From: an uncultured delta proteobacterium
GTDB taxonomy: Bacteria > Myxococcota_A > Polyangia > Fen-1088
DNA: 64,000 bases
Reading direction: 5' to 3'
NCBI GenBank assembly: GCA_963767925.1
Contig: CAVYGB010000006.1
Span: 64,001 to 128,000 of the forward strand
Shown: piece after piece, positions 27,428 through 36,027 of the stretch
Numbering within the stretch: the first letter of the stretch is position 1
Layout of the letters: each line of letters begins with the position of its first letter
The notes under the pieces: generated by a model
What the model was told of the DNA's origin: nothing
What the model saw: the letters and a program-made list of their open reading frames with translations, nothing else
Database searches by the model: none
Program-made: the position numbers and the translations under genes

Positions 27428-28824
27428 AGACGCTGCGCCTGTCGCGCCGGGCTTGCCTTCGAGCGGCCGGCGCGTCGCTGGCACTCCCCGCGCTGGAGGT
27501 GATGTTCCCCTCGGTGGCCCGGGCCCAGGCCGCGCCCCTGCGGTTCCTGTGCGTGTTTTCCCCCAACGGCTTCCTGATGAACAAGTGGACGCCGGTGGGC
27601 ACCGGCACCAGCTGGGCCACGCCCCCCTTGCTGACCGCCCTCGAGCCCCACCGGCCGAGCCTCAACATCCTCTCCGGCCTCGGCAACTACACCGCAAGCA
27701 TCGCCTCCCGCTTCGGCGGCTCGCACACCCGCGCCACCGGCTCGCTGCTCACCCAGTACCCGATCGCCTTCAGCGCTGGCTCGGGCATCCGCAACGGCGT
27801 CTCGCTCGACCAGATCATCGCCGGCCACGTCGGCGCGCGCACCCGTTTCCCCTCGCTGCAGGTGGGCGCCCGGGCCGGCAGCCTCACCGGCGACTGCGAG
27901 GACGGCTATAGCTGCGCCTACCAGAACAACATCTCCTGGGCCGGGCCCACCACCCCCCTGCCCAAGCAGATCAACCCCCGCGACATCTTCAACCGCCTGT
28001 TCGGGGCCGAGGGCGGCGGGCCCCTGCGCCCGGAGCGCAAGCCGGTCTACAACAAGAGCATCCTCGACCTGGTCCGCACCCGGGCCGACGGCCTCCGCCA
28101 GCGCCTGGGCCGCACCGACCGGGGCAAGCTCGACGAATATTTCAACTCGGTCCGCGAGGTGGAGCAGCGGCTGGATCGGGCCGCTCTGGGCGGCGTCGAG
28201 GCGGTCTGCGCCGCGGGGGCGCCGCCCCGCGACGCCAGCGCCGGGGCCATCCCCTTCCCCGAGCACCTCGACCTGCTCTCGGACCTCATCGCCCTGGCCT
28301 TCCGCTGCGACCTGACCCGGGTGGCGACCTTCATGTTCGAGCACGCCTTCTCCGACGTGCGCAGCCTCTCCTTCTTGCCGGGGGTGACCGGGCGGCACCA
28401 CGCCATCACCCACAGCAACCAGCCGGCCCAGGAGGAGACGATCAACCGGTTCTACGTCGACCGCTTCGCCTACCTGCTCGGCAAGCTGGCCGCCATCCAG
28501 GAGGGCGACCGCACCGCCCTCGACAACGCCATCGTCTATTTCACCAGCGAGTTCGGCAACGGGCACGAGCACGACCACCGCCGGCTCGCCATGCTCGTCG
28601 CCGGCAAGGCGGGCGGCCGCTTCCGGACCGGCCTGCACATCGACTACCCACTGGACCCCGGCCCCGGCACCGGTCCCGACGGCGTGGGCAACCCGGGTGA
28701 CACGCAGCTCGCCCACCTGCACCTGACCACCTTGCACGCCTTCGGGATCGACCAGGCCACCTTCGGTCAGGACGACGCCGGCAACCCGGTGGCCACCCGC
28801 CCGCTGTCCGAGCTGCTGGTCTGA
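27424..28824 (+). CDS. DUF1552-family protein (Tat-like leader)
   Basis: LSRRACLRAAGASLALPALE, SLDQ, KSILD, DRGKLDEYFNSVREVE; ATGA overlap with the upstream gene. Confidence 0.9.
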   Translation: MKTLRLSRRACLRAAGASLALPALEVMFPSVARAQAAPLRFLCVFSPNGFLMNKWTPVGTGTSWATPPLLTALEPHRPSLNILSGLGNYTASIASRFGGSHTRATGSLLTQYPIAFSAGSGIRNGVSLDQIIAGHVGARTRFPSLQVGARAGSLTGDCEDGYSCAYQNNISWAGPTTPLPKQINPRDIFNRLFGAEGGGPLRPERKPVYNKSILDLVRTRADGLRQRLGRTDRGKLDEYFNSVREVEQRLDRAALGGVEAVCAAGAPPRDASAGAIPFPEHLDLLSDLIALAFRCDLTRVATFMFEHAFSDVRSLSFLPGVTGRHHAITHSNQPAQEETINRFYVDRFAYLLGKLAAIQEGDRTALDNAIVYFTSEFGNGHEHDHRRLAMLVAGKAGGRFRTGLHIDYPLDPGPGTGPDGVGNPGDTQLAHLHLTTLHAFGIDQATFGQDDAGNPVATRPLSELLV

Positions 28825-28861
28825 GCCGGTCTCGCCCCGTCGGATGGGTTAAAAGCAGAGG

Positions 28862-29902
28862 GTGCAAGGAACCAGCCCCACCGAGCCGCCGATCGGCGTC
28901 CTCCTCCTGAACCTCGGCACACCCGCTTCGCCCCGGACCTCCGACGTCCGCCGCTACCTGCGCGAGTTCCTGAGCGACCCCCGGGTGATCGACATAAACC
29001 CGGTCGCCCGCTGGCTGCTGCTCAACTTCGCCATCTTGCCGGTGCGCCCCGCCCGCTCGGGCAAGGCCTACAAGCTGGTCTGGACCGAGGAGGGCTCGCC
29101 CCTGCTGGTGCACAGCCAGCGCCTGACCGAGGGGGTGCGCCGCGCGCTCGGCCCCGAGTACGTGGTCGAGCTGGGGATGCGCTACGGCGCCCCCTCCATC
29201 CCCGCGGCGCTGCAGAAGCTGGCCGCCGCCCAGCCGAGCCGGCTGATCGTGCTGCCGCTGTTCCCCCAATATTCCTCGGCCGCCACCGGGTCGGCCGTCG
29301 AGCGCGTGTACCAGGTGCTGGGGTCGGAGTGGAACGTGACCCCCACGACAACGGTGGGGGCCTTCTACGACCATCCCGGCTTCATCTCCTCCTTCACCAC
29401 GGTGGCCAAGAAGCAGCTCGACGCCTTCCGCCCCGACTTCGTGCTTTTCAGCTACCACGGCCTGCCGGAACGGCACATGAACAAGAGCGACCTCAGCGGC
29501 AAACATTGCCTGCAGAGCCCCGACTGCTGCGACGCCGTCGGGCCGGCCAACCGCCACTGCTACCGGGCGCAGTGTTACGCGACGACCCGCGCCCTCGCCT
29601 TCACCCTCGGCCTGGGGGCCGACGGCCACTCCGTCTCCTTCCAGTCGCGCCTGGGCCGCACCCCCTGGATCAAACCCTACACCGACCTGGTCCTCCCCGA
29701 GCTGGCCCAGGCCGGGCGCAAGCGCCTTGCCGTCCTGTGCCCCGCCTTCGTGGCCGACTGCCTCGAGACCCTCGAGGAGATCGGTATCCGGGCCAGGGAG
29801 CAGTGGCGGGGCCTCGGGGGCGAGGACCTGCTGCTGGTCCCGTCGCTGAACGCAGAGCCCGGCTGGGTCGACACCGTCGCCCGCATGGTGCGCGCCCACT
29901 AG
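28862..29902 (+). CDS. hemH: ferrochelatase
   Basis: LLLNLGTP, YLREFLSDPRVID, GSPL, PLFPQYS, FSYHGLP, FQSRLG, FVADCLETLEEI. Confidence 0.96.
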   Translation: MQGTSPTEPPIGVLLLNLGTPASPRTSDVRRYLREFLSDPRVIDINPVARWLLLNFAILPVRPARSGKAYKLVWTEEGSPLLVHSQRLTEGVRRALGPEYVVELGMRYGAPSIPAALQKLAAAQPSRLIVLPLFPQYSSAATGSAVERVYQVLGSEWNVTPTTTVGAFYDHPGFISSFTTVAKKQLDAFRPDFVLFSYHGLPERHMNKSDLSGKHCLQSPDCCDAVGPANRHCYRAQCYATTRALAFTLGLGADGHSVSFQSRLGRTPWIKPYTDLVLPELAQAGRKRLAVLCPAFVADCLETLEEIGIRAREQWRGLGGEDLLLVPSLNAEPGWVDTVARMVRAH

Positions 29903-30222
29903 TCCCCTGGAAAGGTGAAGCTGCATATGTCGGCGAGGCATCTTCGTTCCTGGCAAGGCGCGAGGAGGGCGAATACCGGGCGTATTTAACCGACGAGCAA
30001 CGCAGCCAGGGACGAAGAGGACCGCCGAGATATGCAAGAAATCACCGTTCCAGGGGACTGGTCCCCTGGAACGGTGAAGGCTTGCATATGTCGGCGAGGC
30101 ATCTTCGTTCCTGGCAAGGCGCGAGGAGGGCGAATACCGGGCGTATTTAACCGACGAGCAACGCAGCCAGGGACGAAGAGGACCGCCGAGATATGCAAGA
30201 AATCACCGTTCCAGGGGACTAG
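29899..30222. mobile_element. two tandem copies of a ~156-bp MITE-like palindromic element flanked by CTAG/CTGG/CTAG
   Basis: Copies 29903-30057 and 30062-30218 nearly identical; terminal inverted repeats tcccctggaacggtga...tcaccgttccagggga; the first CTAG contains the hemH stop. Confidence 0.85.
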
Positions 30223-30465
30223 GGACTGTTTTCAAAAGTAGTCGGGTTCCCTCGCTTCGCTCGGGCCCGACCGGTGCACCAGAGCCGGCGGCAGGCGAGC
30301 ACCGTGACGGCGCCGGTCGGGTCTGCGGACCTCATGTCCGGTCGGCCATGATAACGTCCCGCTGGCGCGTGCAGCACACGGTCATCAGGGACGACCTTCC
30401 CGGGAGGACGAACGCCGCCCAGGCCGGTCGCGCCGCCCCCTGCCCCCTTTCGGGCTGAAGCAGCG

Positions 30466-31755
30466 ATGGCCGTGCGGCTGGGGGCCGAGCTTCGCCACGT
30501 CCTGTCGAACGTGCTGTTCAAGGCGGTGTCGCTGCCGCTGGAGAAGGTCTGTCGTTTCCTGCTCGTCATCGTGACGGCGCGCGTGCTGGGGCAGGTCTCC
30601 TTCGGCCGGTTCCAGTTCGCCGCCACCCTGACCATCTTGCTGGCCCTGGGGACCGATCTCGGCCTCGGCCTCTGGACGACGCGCGCGCTGGCCCGGGATC
30701 GGACCCGCGCCGCGGCCATCGTCGGGACCGGGCTGCGGGTGCGCACCCTGGCCGCCATTCCGTACCTGATCGTGATCGTCGGGGTGGCCCTGGCCCTGGG
30801 CCCCGGCGACACGCGGCTCTCGATCCTCCTGCTGGGGGTCTGCGCCCTCGTCGACGGCTACGTCGACCACTTCGGAGGGGTCCTCCGGGGCTACGAACGC
30901 TTCGATGACGAGACCCGCCTCACGGCCACCCGGGCGCTGCTGCTCGCCATCCTGGGGGTGGGGGCGGTCTGGCTGGGCCGCTCGCTTGTGTGGCTCGCGG
31001 TGGGCATGACCCTGGCGAGCCTCGCCAGCGGGGCCTACGGCCTGTGGATCATCGGCCGCCGCTACCGGCTCCCCACGCCCTTCGACGGCGGGGCCTTCGA
31101 CCGCGCGCTGGCCCGGGTGGCGATCCGCGAGGCGCTCCCCTTCTGGGCGGCGGGGCTGTTCTCGCTGCTCTACTTCAAGGGGGACACGGTGCTCCTGCGG
31201 GTTATGGCCGGCGAGGCAGAGCTGGGGGCCTACAGCGCGGCCTTCAAGATCTTCGAGGGGTCGTTGCTGGTGCCGGTCATCCTGATGACGGCGGTCTTCC
31301 CCACCCTGGCGCGCGCCCACGGCGACGCCGAACGGCAGCGCCGCTGGGAGACCGGGCTCGCCGCCATGTTGCTGGGGCTGGGGCTGCTGGCGGGGACGGG
31401 CTGTTATCTGGGCAGCGCGCGCATCGTCGGGCTGGCCTTCGGCCCGGCGTTCGGGCCGGCGGGCGACTCGCTGCGGGTGCTGGCGGTGGGGATCCCGTTC
31501 ATGTACGTGAACAACGGGCTGCTCCACTTTCTCATCGCCCGGGATCTGGGGAGTCGGAACCTGGTGTTCGGGGGGGCGATGCTGGTGGTCAATGTGGTGG
31601 CCAATGCGCTCCTGATCCCGAGGCTAGGGGGGCCGGGGGCGGGGTGGGCCACGGTGATCACCGAGGTGGCGCTGTGCGGGTGTTGTGTGGTGGCGCTGGT
31701 GGGGAGCCCCCGTGTCGTGAGGCCGCCGCCGGCGCCGGGGCCGGGGCCGGGGTAG
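30466..31755 (+). CDS. polysaccharide/oligosaccharide flippase (Wzx/MOP superfamily)
   Basis: About 12 hydrophobic segments; ARVLGQVSFG, DLGL, YFKGDTVLL, GAYSAA, LIPRLGGPGAGWAT. Confidence 0.85.
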   Translation: MAVRLGAELRHVLSNVLFKAVSLPLEKVCRFLLVIVTARVLGQVSFGRFQFAATLTILLALGTDLGLGLWTTRALARDRTRAAAIVGTGLRVRTLAAIPYLIVIVGVALALGPGDTRLSILLLGVCALVDGYVDHFGGVLRGYERFDDETRLTATRALLLAILGVGAVWLGRSLVWLAVGMTLASLASGAYGLWIIGRRYRLPTPFDGGAFDRALARVAIREALPFWAAGLFSLLYFKGDTVLLRVMAGEAELGAYSAAFKIFEGSLLVPVILMTAVFPTLARAHGDAERQRRWETGLAAMLLGLGLLAGTGCYLGSARIVGLAFGPAFGPAGDSLRVLAVGIPFMYVNNGLLHFLIARDLGSRNLVFGGAMLVVNVVANALLIPRLGGPGAGWATVITEVALCGCCVVALVGSPRVVRPPPAPGPGPG

Positions 31756-31844
31756 GGGGGGCGACGACGGGGCCGGGGACGCATACGGGGATGGGGACGC
31801 GTACCCGTGGCCGTCCCGTACCCGGGGTCGAATGGGGGATATCG

Positions 31845-33140
31845 TCAGGCGGCGCGGAGGCGTTCGAGGTGAGCGGGGTCGGCGCGGACGCGGAAGATGG
31901 TGCCGCGCTCGTCGTAGCGTTCTTCCAGGACCTGGCAGTGGGCGAAGATCTCGCCCCGCAGCTCCTGGCGGTCGTAGGGGACGTGGAGCTCTTCCTCGAC
32001 GAGGTGGCGCTCGAAGAAGGCGATGAGGCGGCGGCGCAGGTCGGCCAGCTCGTCGGGGCGGCGGGCGGACATGATGATGGCGTCGGGCCAGCGCTGGGCC
32101 AGGCGGACGCTGGCCGCGGCCTCCTCCTCGCCGAGGCGGTCGATCTTGCTGAACACGAGCTGGCGGGGGACGTCGCCGGCCCCGATCTCGGTGAGGACCT
32201 CGGTTGTGACGGCGAGCTGCTGCTCGAAGGCGGGGTCGGAGGCGTCCACGACCTGCAGCAGCAGCGAGGCCTCCAGGGCCTCGTCGAGCGTGCTCTTGAA
32301 GGAGGCCACCAGGCCGTGGGGCAGCTTCTTTATGAAGCCGACCGTGTCGGAGATCAGGATGCGCGGCTTGGTCTCGGGGTGCAGGGCCCGCACCGTCGTG
32401 TCGAGGGTGGCGAACAGCTTGTCCGCCACCAGCACGTCGCTGCCGGTGAGGGCCCGCATCAGGGTCGACTTGCCCGCGTTCGTGTAGCCCACCAGGGCCA
32501 CCCGGGACAGCGCCTGCCGCCGGGACCGCCGCGTCTCCTGCTCCTGCTCGAGGGCGGCCAGCTCCCGGGTCAGCTCCGCCACCCGGTCGCGGATCTTCCG
32601 GCGATCCAGCTCCATCCCCGACTCGCCCGCCCCCTTGCCGCCGATGCCGCCCCGCTGGCGGTCCCCCCCCTTGCCGGCCTCCCGGAGGCGGGGGGCCAGG
32701 TACTCGAGCCGCACGATCTCGACCTGGGCCTTGGCCGCGCGCGAGCGGGCGTGGCGGTGGAAGATCTCCAGGATCACCGCGGTGCGGTCCAGCACCTGGG
32801 CCCCGGTGGCCTTCTCCAGGTTGCGGGCCTGCGACGGGCTCACCTCGTGGTCGAGCAGCACCAGGCCGGCCTTGTGCACCGCGATCGCCGCCTTCAGCTC
32901 GGACACCTTGCCGCTGCCGACGTAGGTCGCCACGTGGAACCCGTCCCGGTTCTGGGTGACGGTGTCCATCACCTGCAGCCCCAGGGTCTGGGCCAGCCGG
33001 ACCAGCTCCGCCACCGACTGCTGGAACTCGACCTCGTCGACGTCGGGCGTGCGCACGGCGGCGAGCACGGCGCGCTGCGGGTCATGGTCGGGGTCGACGT
33101 CGCTGTCGGGGTGGGTAGGGTCGAAGGGGTCGCGATCCAT
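31845..33140 (-). CDS. hflX: GTPase HflX
   Basis: ELVRLAQT, SPSQARNLE, DRTAVILEIF, VGYTNAGKST, LFATLDTT, DTVGF. Confidence 0.95.
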   Translation of the reverse strand: MDRDPFDPTHPDSDVDPDHDPQRAVLAAVRTPDVDEVEFQQSVAELVRLAQTLGLQVMDTVTQNRDGFHVATYVGSGKVSELKAAIAVHKAGLVLLDHEVSPSQARNLEKATGAQVLDRTAVILEIFHRHARSRAAKAQVEIVRLEYLAPRLREAGKGGDRQRGGIGGKGAGESGMELDRRKIRDRVAELTRELAALEQEQETRRSRRQALSRVALVGYTNAGKSTLMRALTGSDVLVADKLFATLDTTVRALHPETKPRILISDTVGFIKKLPHGLVASFKSTLDEALEASLLLQVVDASDPAFEQQLAVTTEVLTEIGAGDVPRQLVFSKIDRLGEEEAAASVRLAQRWPDAIIMSARRPDELADLRRRLIAFFERHLVEEELHVPYDRQELRGEIFAHCQVLEERYDERGTIFRVRADPAHLERLRAA

Positions 33141-33226
33141 TGGCTGGGGGCATTATAGGGGTCGGGAATGGCGCGCGCCCGGCCGCGGTTGGGAATGGCC
33201 GGCGCCCGGCCGCCGTTGATCCTGCG

Positions 33227-33925
33227 ATGAGCTCCCTCCCGCCGACGCCCACGCCCACGCCCACGCCGTCGTCATCCCCGCCCCCTTCGGCCTCCCCCGC
33301 CCCCCCGCCGGGCCCGCCCGCCGGGCCGCCCCCGCGCCGGGGATGGCTGCGCGAGTCGGCCACCGTGTTCGTCTTCATGGGCGTCGTCATGAGCACCCGG
33401 TCGTCGCTGGCCGACCACTACCAGGTGCCGACCGGGTCGATGATCCCGACAATCCAGATCGGGGATCGGGTGCTGGTCAACAAGATGGCCTACGGGGTGC
33501 GTATCCCCTTCACCGACCTGCAACTGTTCGGGCTGGGCGGTCCCCAGCGCGGCGACGTGGCGATCCTCCGCTCGCCCGAAAACGGAGACACGCTGATCAA
33601 GCGGGTGGTGGCCGTCCCCGGCGACGAGGTGATCGTCCGCGGCGGCCGCCTGTGGATCAACCGCGAGCCCGCCCCGGTCGCCCAGCACGGGCCCGAGATC
33701 ACCGAGGTCCTCGGCGGCCGGCCCCACCGCCTCAACCTGGAGGGCCAGGGGGGGCCCGACTTCGGGCCCGTCCACCTGTCCGACGACGACTACCTCGTCA
33801 TGGGCGACAACCGGGGCAACAGCCACGACGGCCGCGCCTTCGGCCTGGTCGGCCGCGAAGCCTTCCAGGGCCGGGCCCTCGGCGTGTTCTGGCGCGCCGG
33901 CCACCCCTCCTGGAACCGGCTCTGA
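33227..33925 (+). CDS. lepB: signal peptidase I (catalytically intact)
   Basis: PTGSMIPT (Ser), LIKRVV (Lys), GDNRGNSHDGR; Pro-rich N-terminus. Confidence 0.9.
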   Translation: MSSLPPTPTPTPTPSSSPPPSASPAPPPGPPAGPPPRRGWLRESATVFVFMGVVMSTRSSLADHYQVPTGSMIPTIQIGDRVLVNKMAYGVRIPFTDLQLFGLGGPQRGDVAILRSPENGDTLIKRVVAVPGDEVIVRGGRLWINREPAPVAQHGPEITEVLGGRPHRLNLEGQGGPDFGPVHLSDDDYLVMGDNRGNSHDGRAFGLVGREAFQGRALGVFWRAGHPSWNRL

Positions 33926-33929
33926 TCGG

Positions 33930-34880
33930 TCAGCGGTCGAGCACGCCGGCGCGGTAGTCGGCGAAGGCCTGCTGGATCTCGGCCTCGGTGTTCATCACGA
34001 AGGGGCCCCGCTGCACGATCGGCTCGCGCAGGGGGCGCCCGGCGGCGATCAGCAGGCCGCTGCGCCGGCTGGTGGCCCGCAGGCGCAGGCGGTCGCCCGC
34101 GTCCAGCAGCGCGAGCTGCTGCGCCCCCACCGCGGTGGCGCCCGCTTCCGGACCGATCGCCACCTCGCCGTGGGCCACGAAGGCGAAGGCGGTGTGGCCC
34201 GCGGGCAGCTCCAGCTCGAACGGCTGATCGTCCTCGAGGGTCAGGGTGAGCAGCAGCGGCTGCGTCGGGCGGCCCTGCACCGGGCCGGCGGCGCCGTTGG
34301 CCTGCCCCGCCACCACCCGCAGGAGGCTGCCGGAGCGGCCCAGCCGCTCCTCCCGGATGCGCTCGGGCGGCAGGTCCTGGTAGGCCTGGCGGGACATCTT
34401 CTCCCGGGCCGGCAGGTTGACCCAGAGCTGGTAGCCGGACATCAGGCCCGCCGTCTGCTCGGGCATCTCCGAGTGCACGATGCCCCGCCCGGCGGTCATC
34501 CACTGCACCCCTCCGCCCTGGATGAGCCCCGCGTTGCCCCGGCTGTCCCGGTGGCGCATCCGCCCGTGCAGCATCACCGTCACCGTCTCGAAGCCACGGT
34601 GCGGGTGATCGGGGAAGCCCGCGATGTACGCCCCCGGGTCGTCGGAGTGGAAGCGGTCGAGCATCAGGAAGGGGTCGAGGTGGCGCAGCGTTGGTTGCCC
34701 GATGATCCGGGTGAGGCGCACGCCCGCCCCGTCGCTGGTGGGCAGCCCGGCCAGCACGCCGGCCACGCGCCGCTGCGTCCGCCTCGGCGCCGGCCCCGCG
34801 GCCAGCGGGCGGGCGGCCAGTGCCGCCGTCAGACCGGTGGCCGATTGCGTGAGGAAGCTGCGGCGGGTGGTCCGGCTCAT
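33930..34880 (-). CDS. pirin-family protein with Tat-like leader
   Basis: DPFLMLD, HPHRGFETVT, WMTAGRGIVHSE, QLWVNLP, GPFVMNT; N-terminus TRRSFL. Confidence 0.93.
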   Translation of the reverse strand: MSRTTRRSFLTQSATGLTAALAARPLAAGPAPRRTQRRVAGVLAGLPTSDGAGVRLTRIIGQPTLRHLDPFLMLDRFHSDDPGAYIAGFPDHPHRGFETVTVMLHGRMRHRDSRGNAGLIQGGGVQWMTAGRGIVHSEMPEQTAGLMSGYQLWVNLPAREKMSRQAYQDLPPERIREERLGRSGSLLRVVAGQANGAAGPVQGRPTQPLLLTLTLEDDQPFELELPAGHTAFAFVAHGEVAIGPEAGATAVGAQQLALLDAGDRLRLRATSRRSGLLIAAGRPLREPIVQRGPFVMNTEAEIQQAFADYRAGVLDR

Positions 34881-35030
34881 GGCGCTCGCCCTCCCGGGAG
34901 TATGTCGCGAAAACCGCCCCGGCGGGGGGACACCCCCTCGCAGGCCCGGCCAGGGGCGGCACCCTGCATACCGCACAGCGTGACCGCAAGAACGTCGATG
35001 TGGGAGGCAGGTTCAGCCATACTTGCGCGC

Positions 35031-35630
35031 ATGCCGAATCTTCGCGCTCTGGGCCGCCGACTGTCGTGTCTGGTGGCGGGGATGTTCGATGGCTCTCCTC
35101 TCCCCGGCATGCTCGAGGAGTCGGGCTTCGAGGTGGTCCACAGCACGGCTGCGCAGGACACCCTCCGGGCCCTCGACGCCGACCTCTGGCAGGTGGTGTT
35201 CCTGTCCGACTCGCTCGGCGGGCCCGTCGTGCAGACGGTGATCGAGCGATCGGCCACCAGCCACCCGCCCACGCCGGTGGTGGTTGTCGGCACCTCGAAC
35301 GGACCGGAGGTGAGCGACCAGGCCATGCGCTGGGGCGCCGCCGACTTCGTCGCGCCACCCTTCGACCGGGAGTTCCTGGACGCCCGGCTGCGGCGGCTGA
35401 ACCTCGACGCGCCCGCCCCCCTGGCGCCGGACCTCCTGACCATCCCCGCCACCGCGACGCTCTCGGACGTCGAGCGCATCCTCATCTCGGAGCACCTCCG
35501 CCGCGCCCGCACGAAGGCCGATGCCGCGAAGTCGCTCGGGATGGGCCTGCGGACGCTCTACACGAAGATCGACAAGTACCAGCTCGCCGACGTGTCGCGT
35601 CGCAACAGATCCCGGTCCGGCCGGGGTTAG
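35031..35630 (+). CDS. degenerate receiver domain + Fis-type HTH regulator
   Basis: REC-like (VVFLSD, PVVVVG, AMRWGAADFVAPPF) then TLSDVERILI...KADAAKSLGMGLRTLYTKI. Confidence 0.75.
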   Translation: MPNLRALGRRLSCLVAGMFDGSPLPGMLEESGFEVVHSTAAQDTLRALDADLWQVVFLSDSLGGPVVQTVIERSATSHPPTPVVVVGTSNGPEVSDQAMRWGAADFVAPPFDREFLDARLRRLNLDAPAPLAPDLLTIPATATLSDVERILISEHLRRARTKADAAKSLGMGLRTLYTKIDKYQLADVSRRNRSRSGRG

Positions 35631-36027
35631 CCCCCCTGCCCGCCCGCGGCACCAGCGGCCAAATCCCCAGCGAGACCCGGCACCTGCGCCGATGGTTCCC
35701 CTGTGCCCGAATCGGCTCCGAAACGGAGCCTTGTCGTTGCGCGAGAAACTTCGCGTCAGGGGGCCTCAATCGACGTGAATCCTTGATGAAAACCGGGAGT
35801 ACACGGTCTCTTATGTGGTCGTGGGTGCCCGGCTCGGGACACTAAGCAACGGGAGGGGCGGGCTCCGGTTTCACCGTGGCGACACGCTCCTCCCGAGCAG
35901 GCCCTGCGTCGAGCAGGCCTTCGTAGAGCAAGCAGTCCGTAGAAATTGATCGCCGAGACCGAGCTCTCGGGGGCCGACAGCGGCCACCGGGATTCATCGG
36001 GCACCCCGAGCAAGCGGAGATGACAAC

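Noticed and set aside
29986..30241. Small ORFs within the MITE dimer
   Set aside because: They are translations of the palindromic repeat with no RBS or protein motifs.
33165..33218. Short 27-bp tandem duplication between hflX and lepB
   Set aside because: Only two imperfect copies in a divergent promoter region; no function can be supported.
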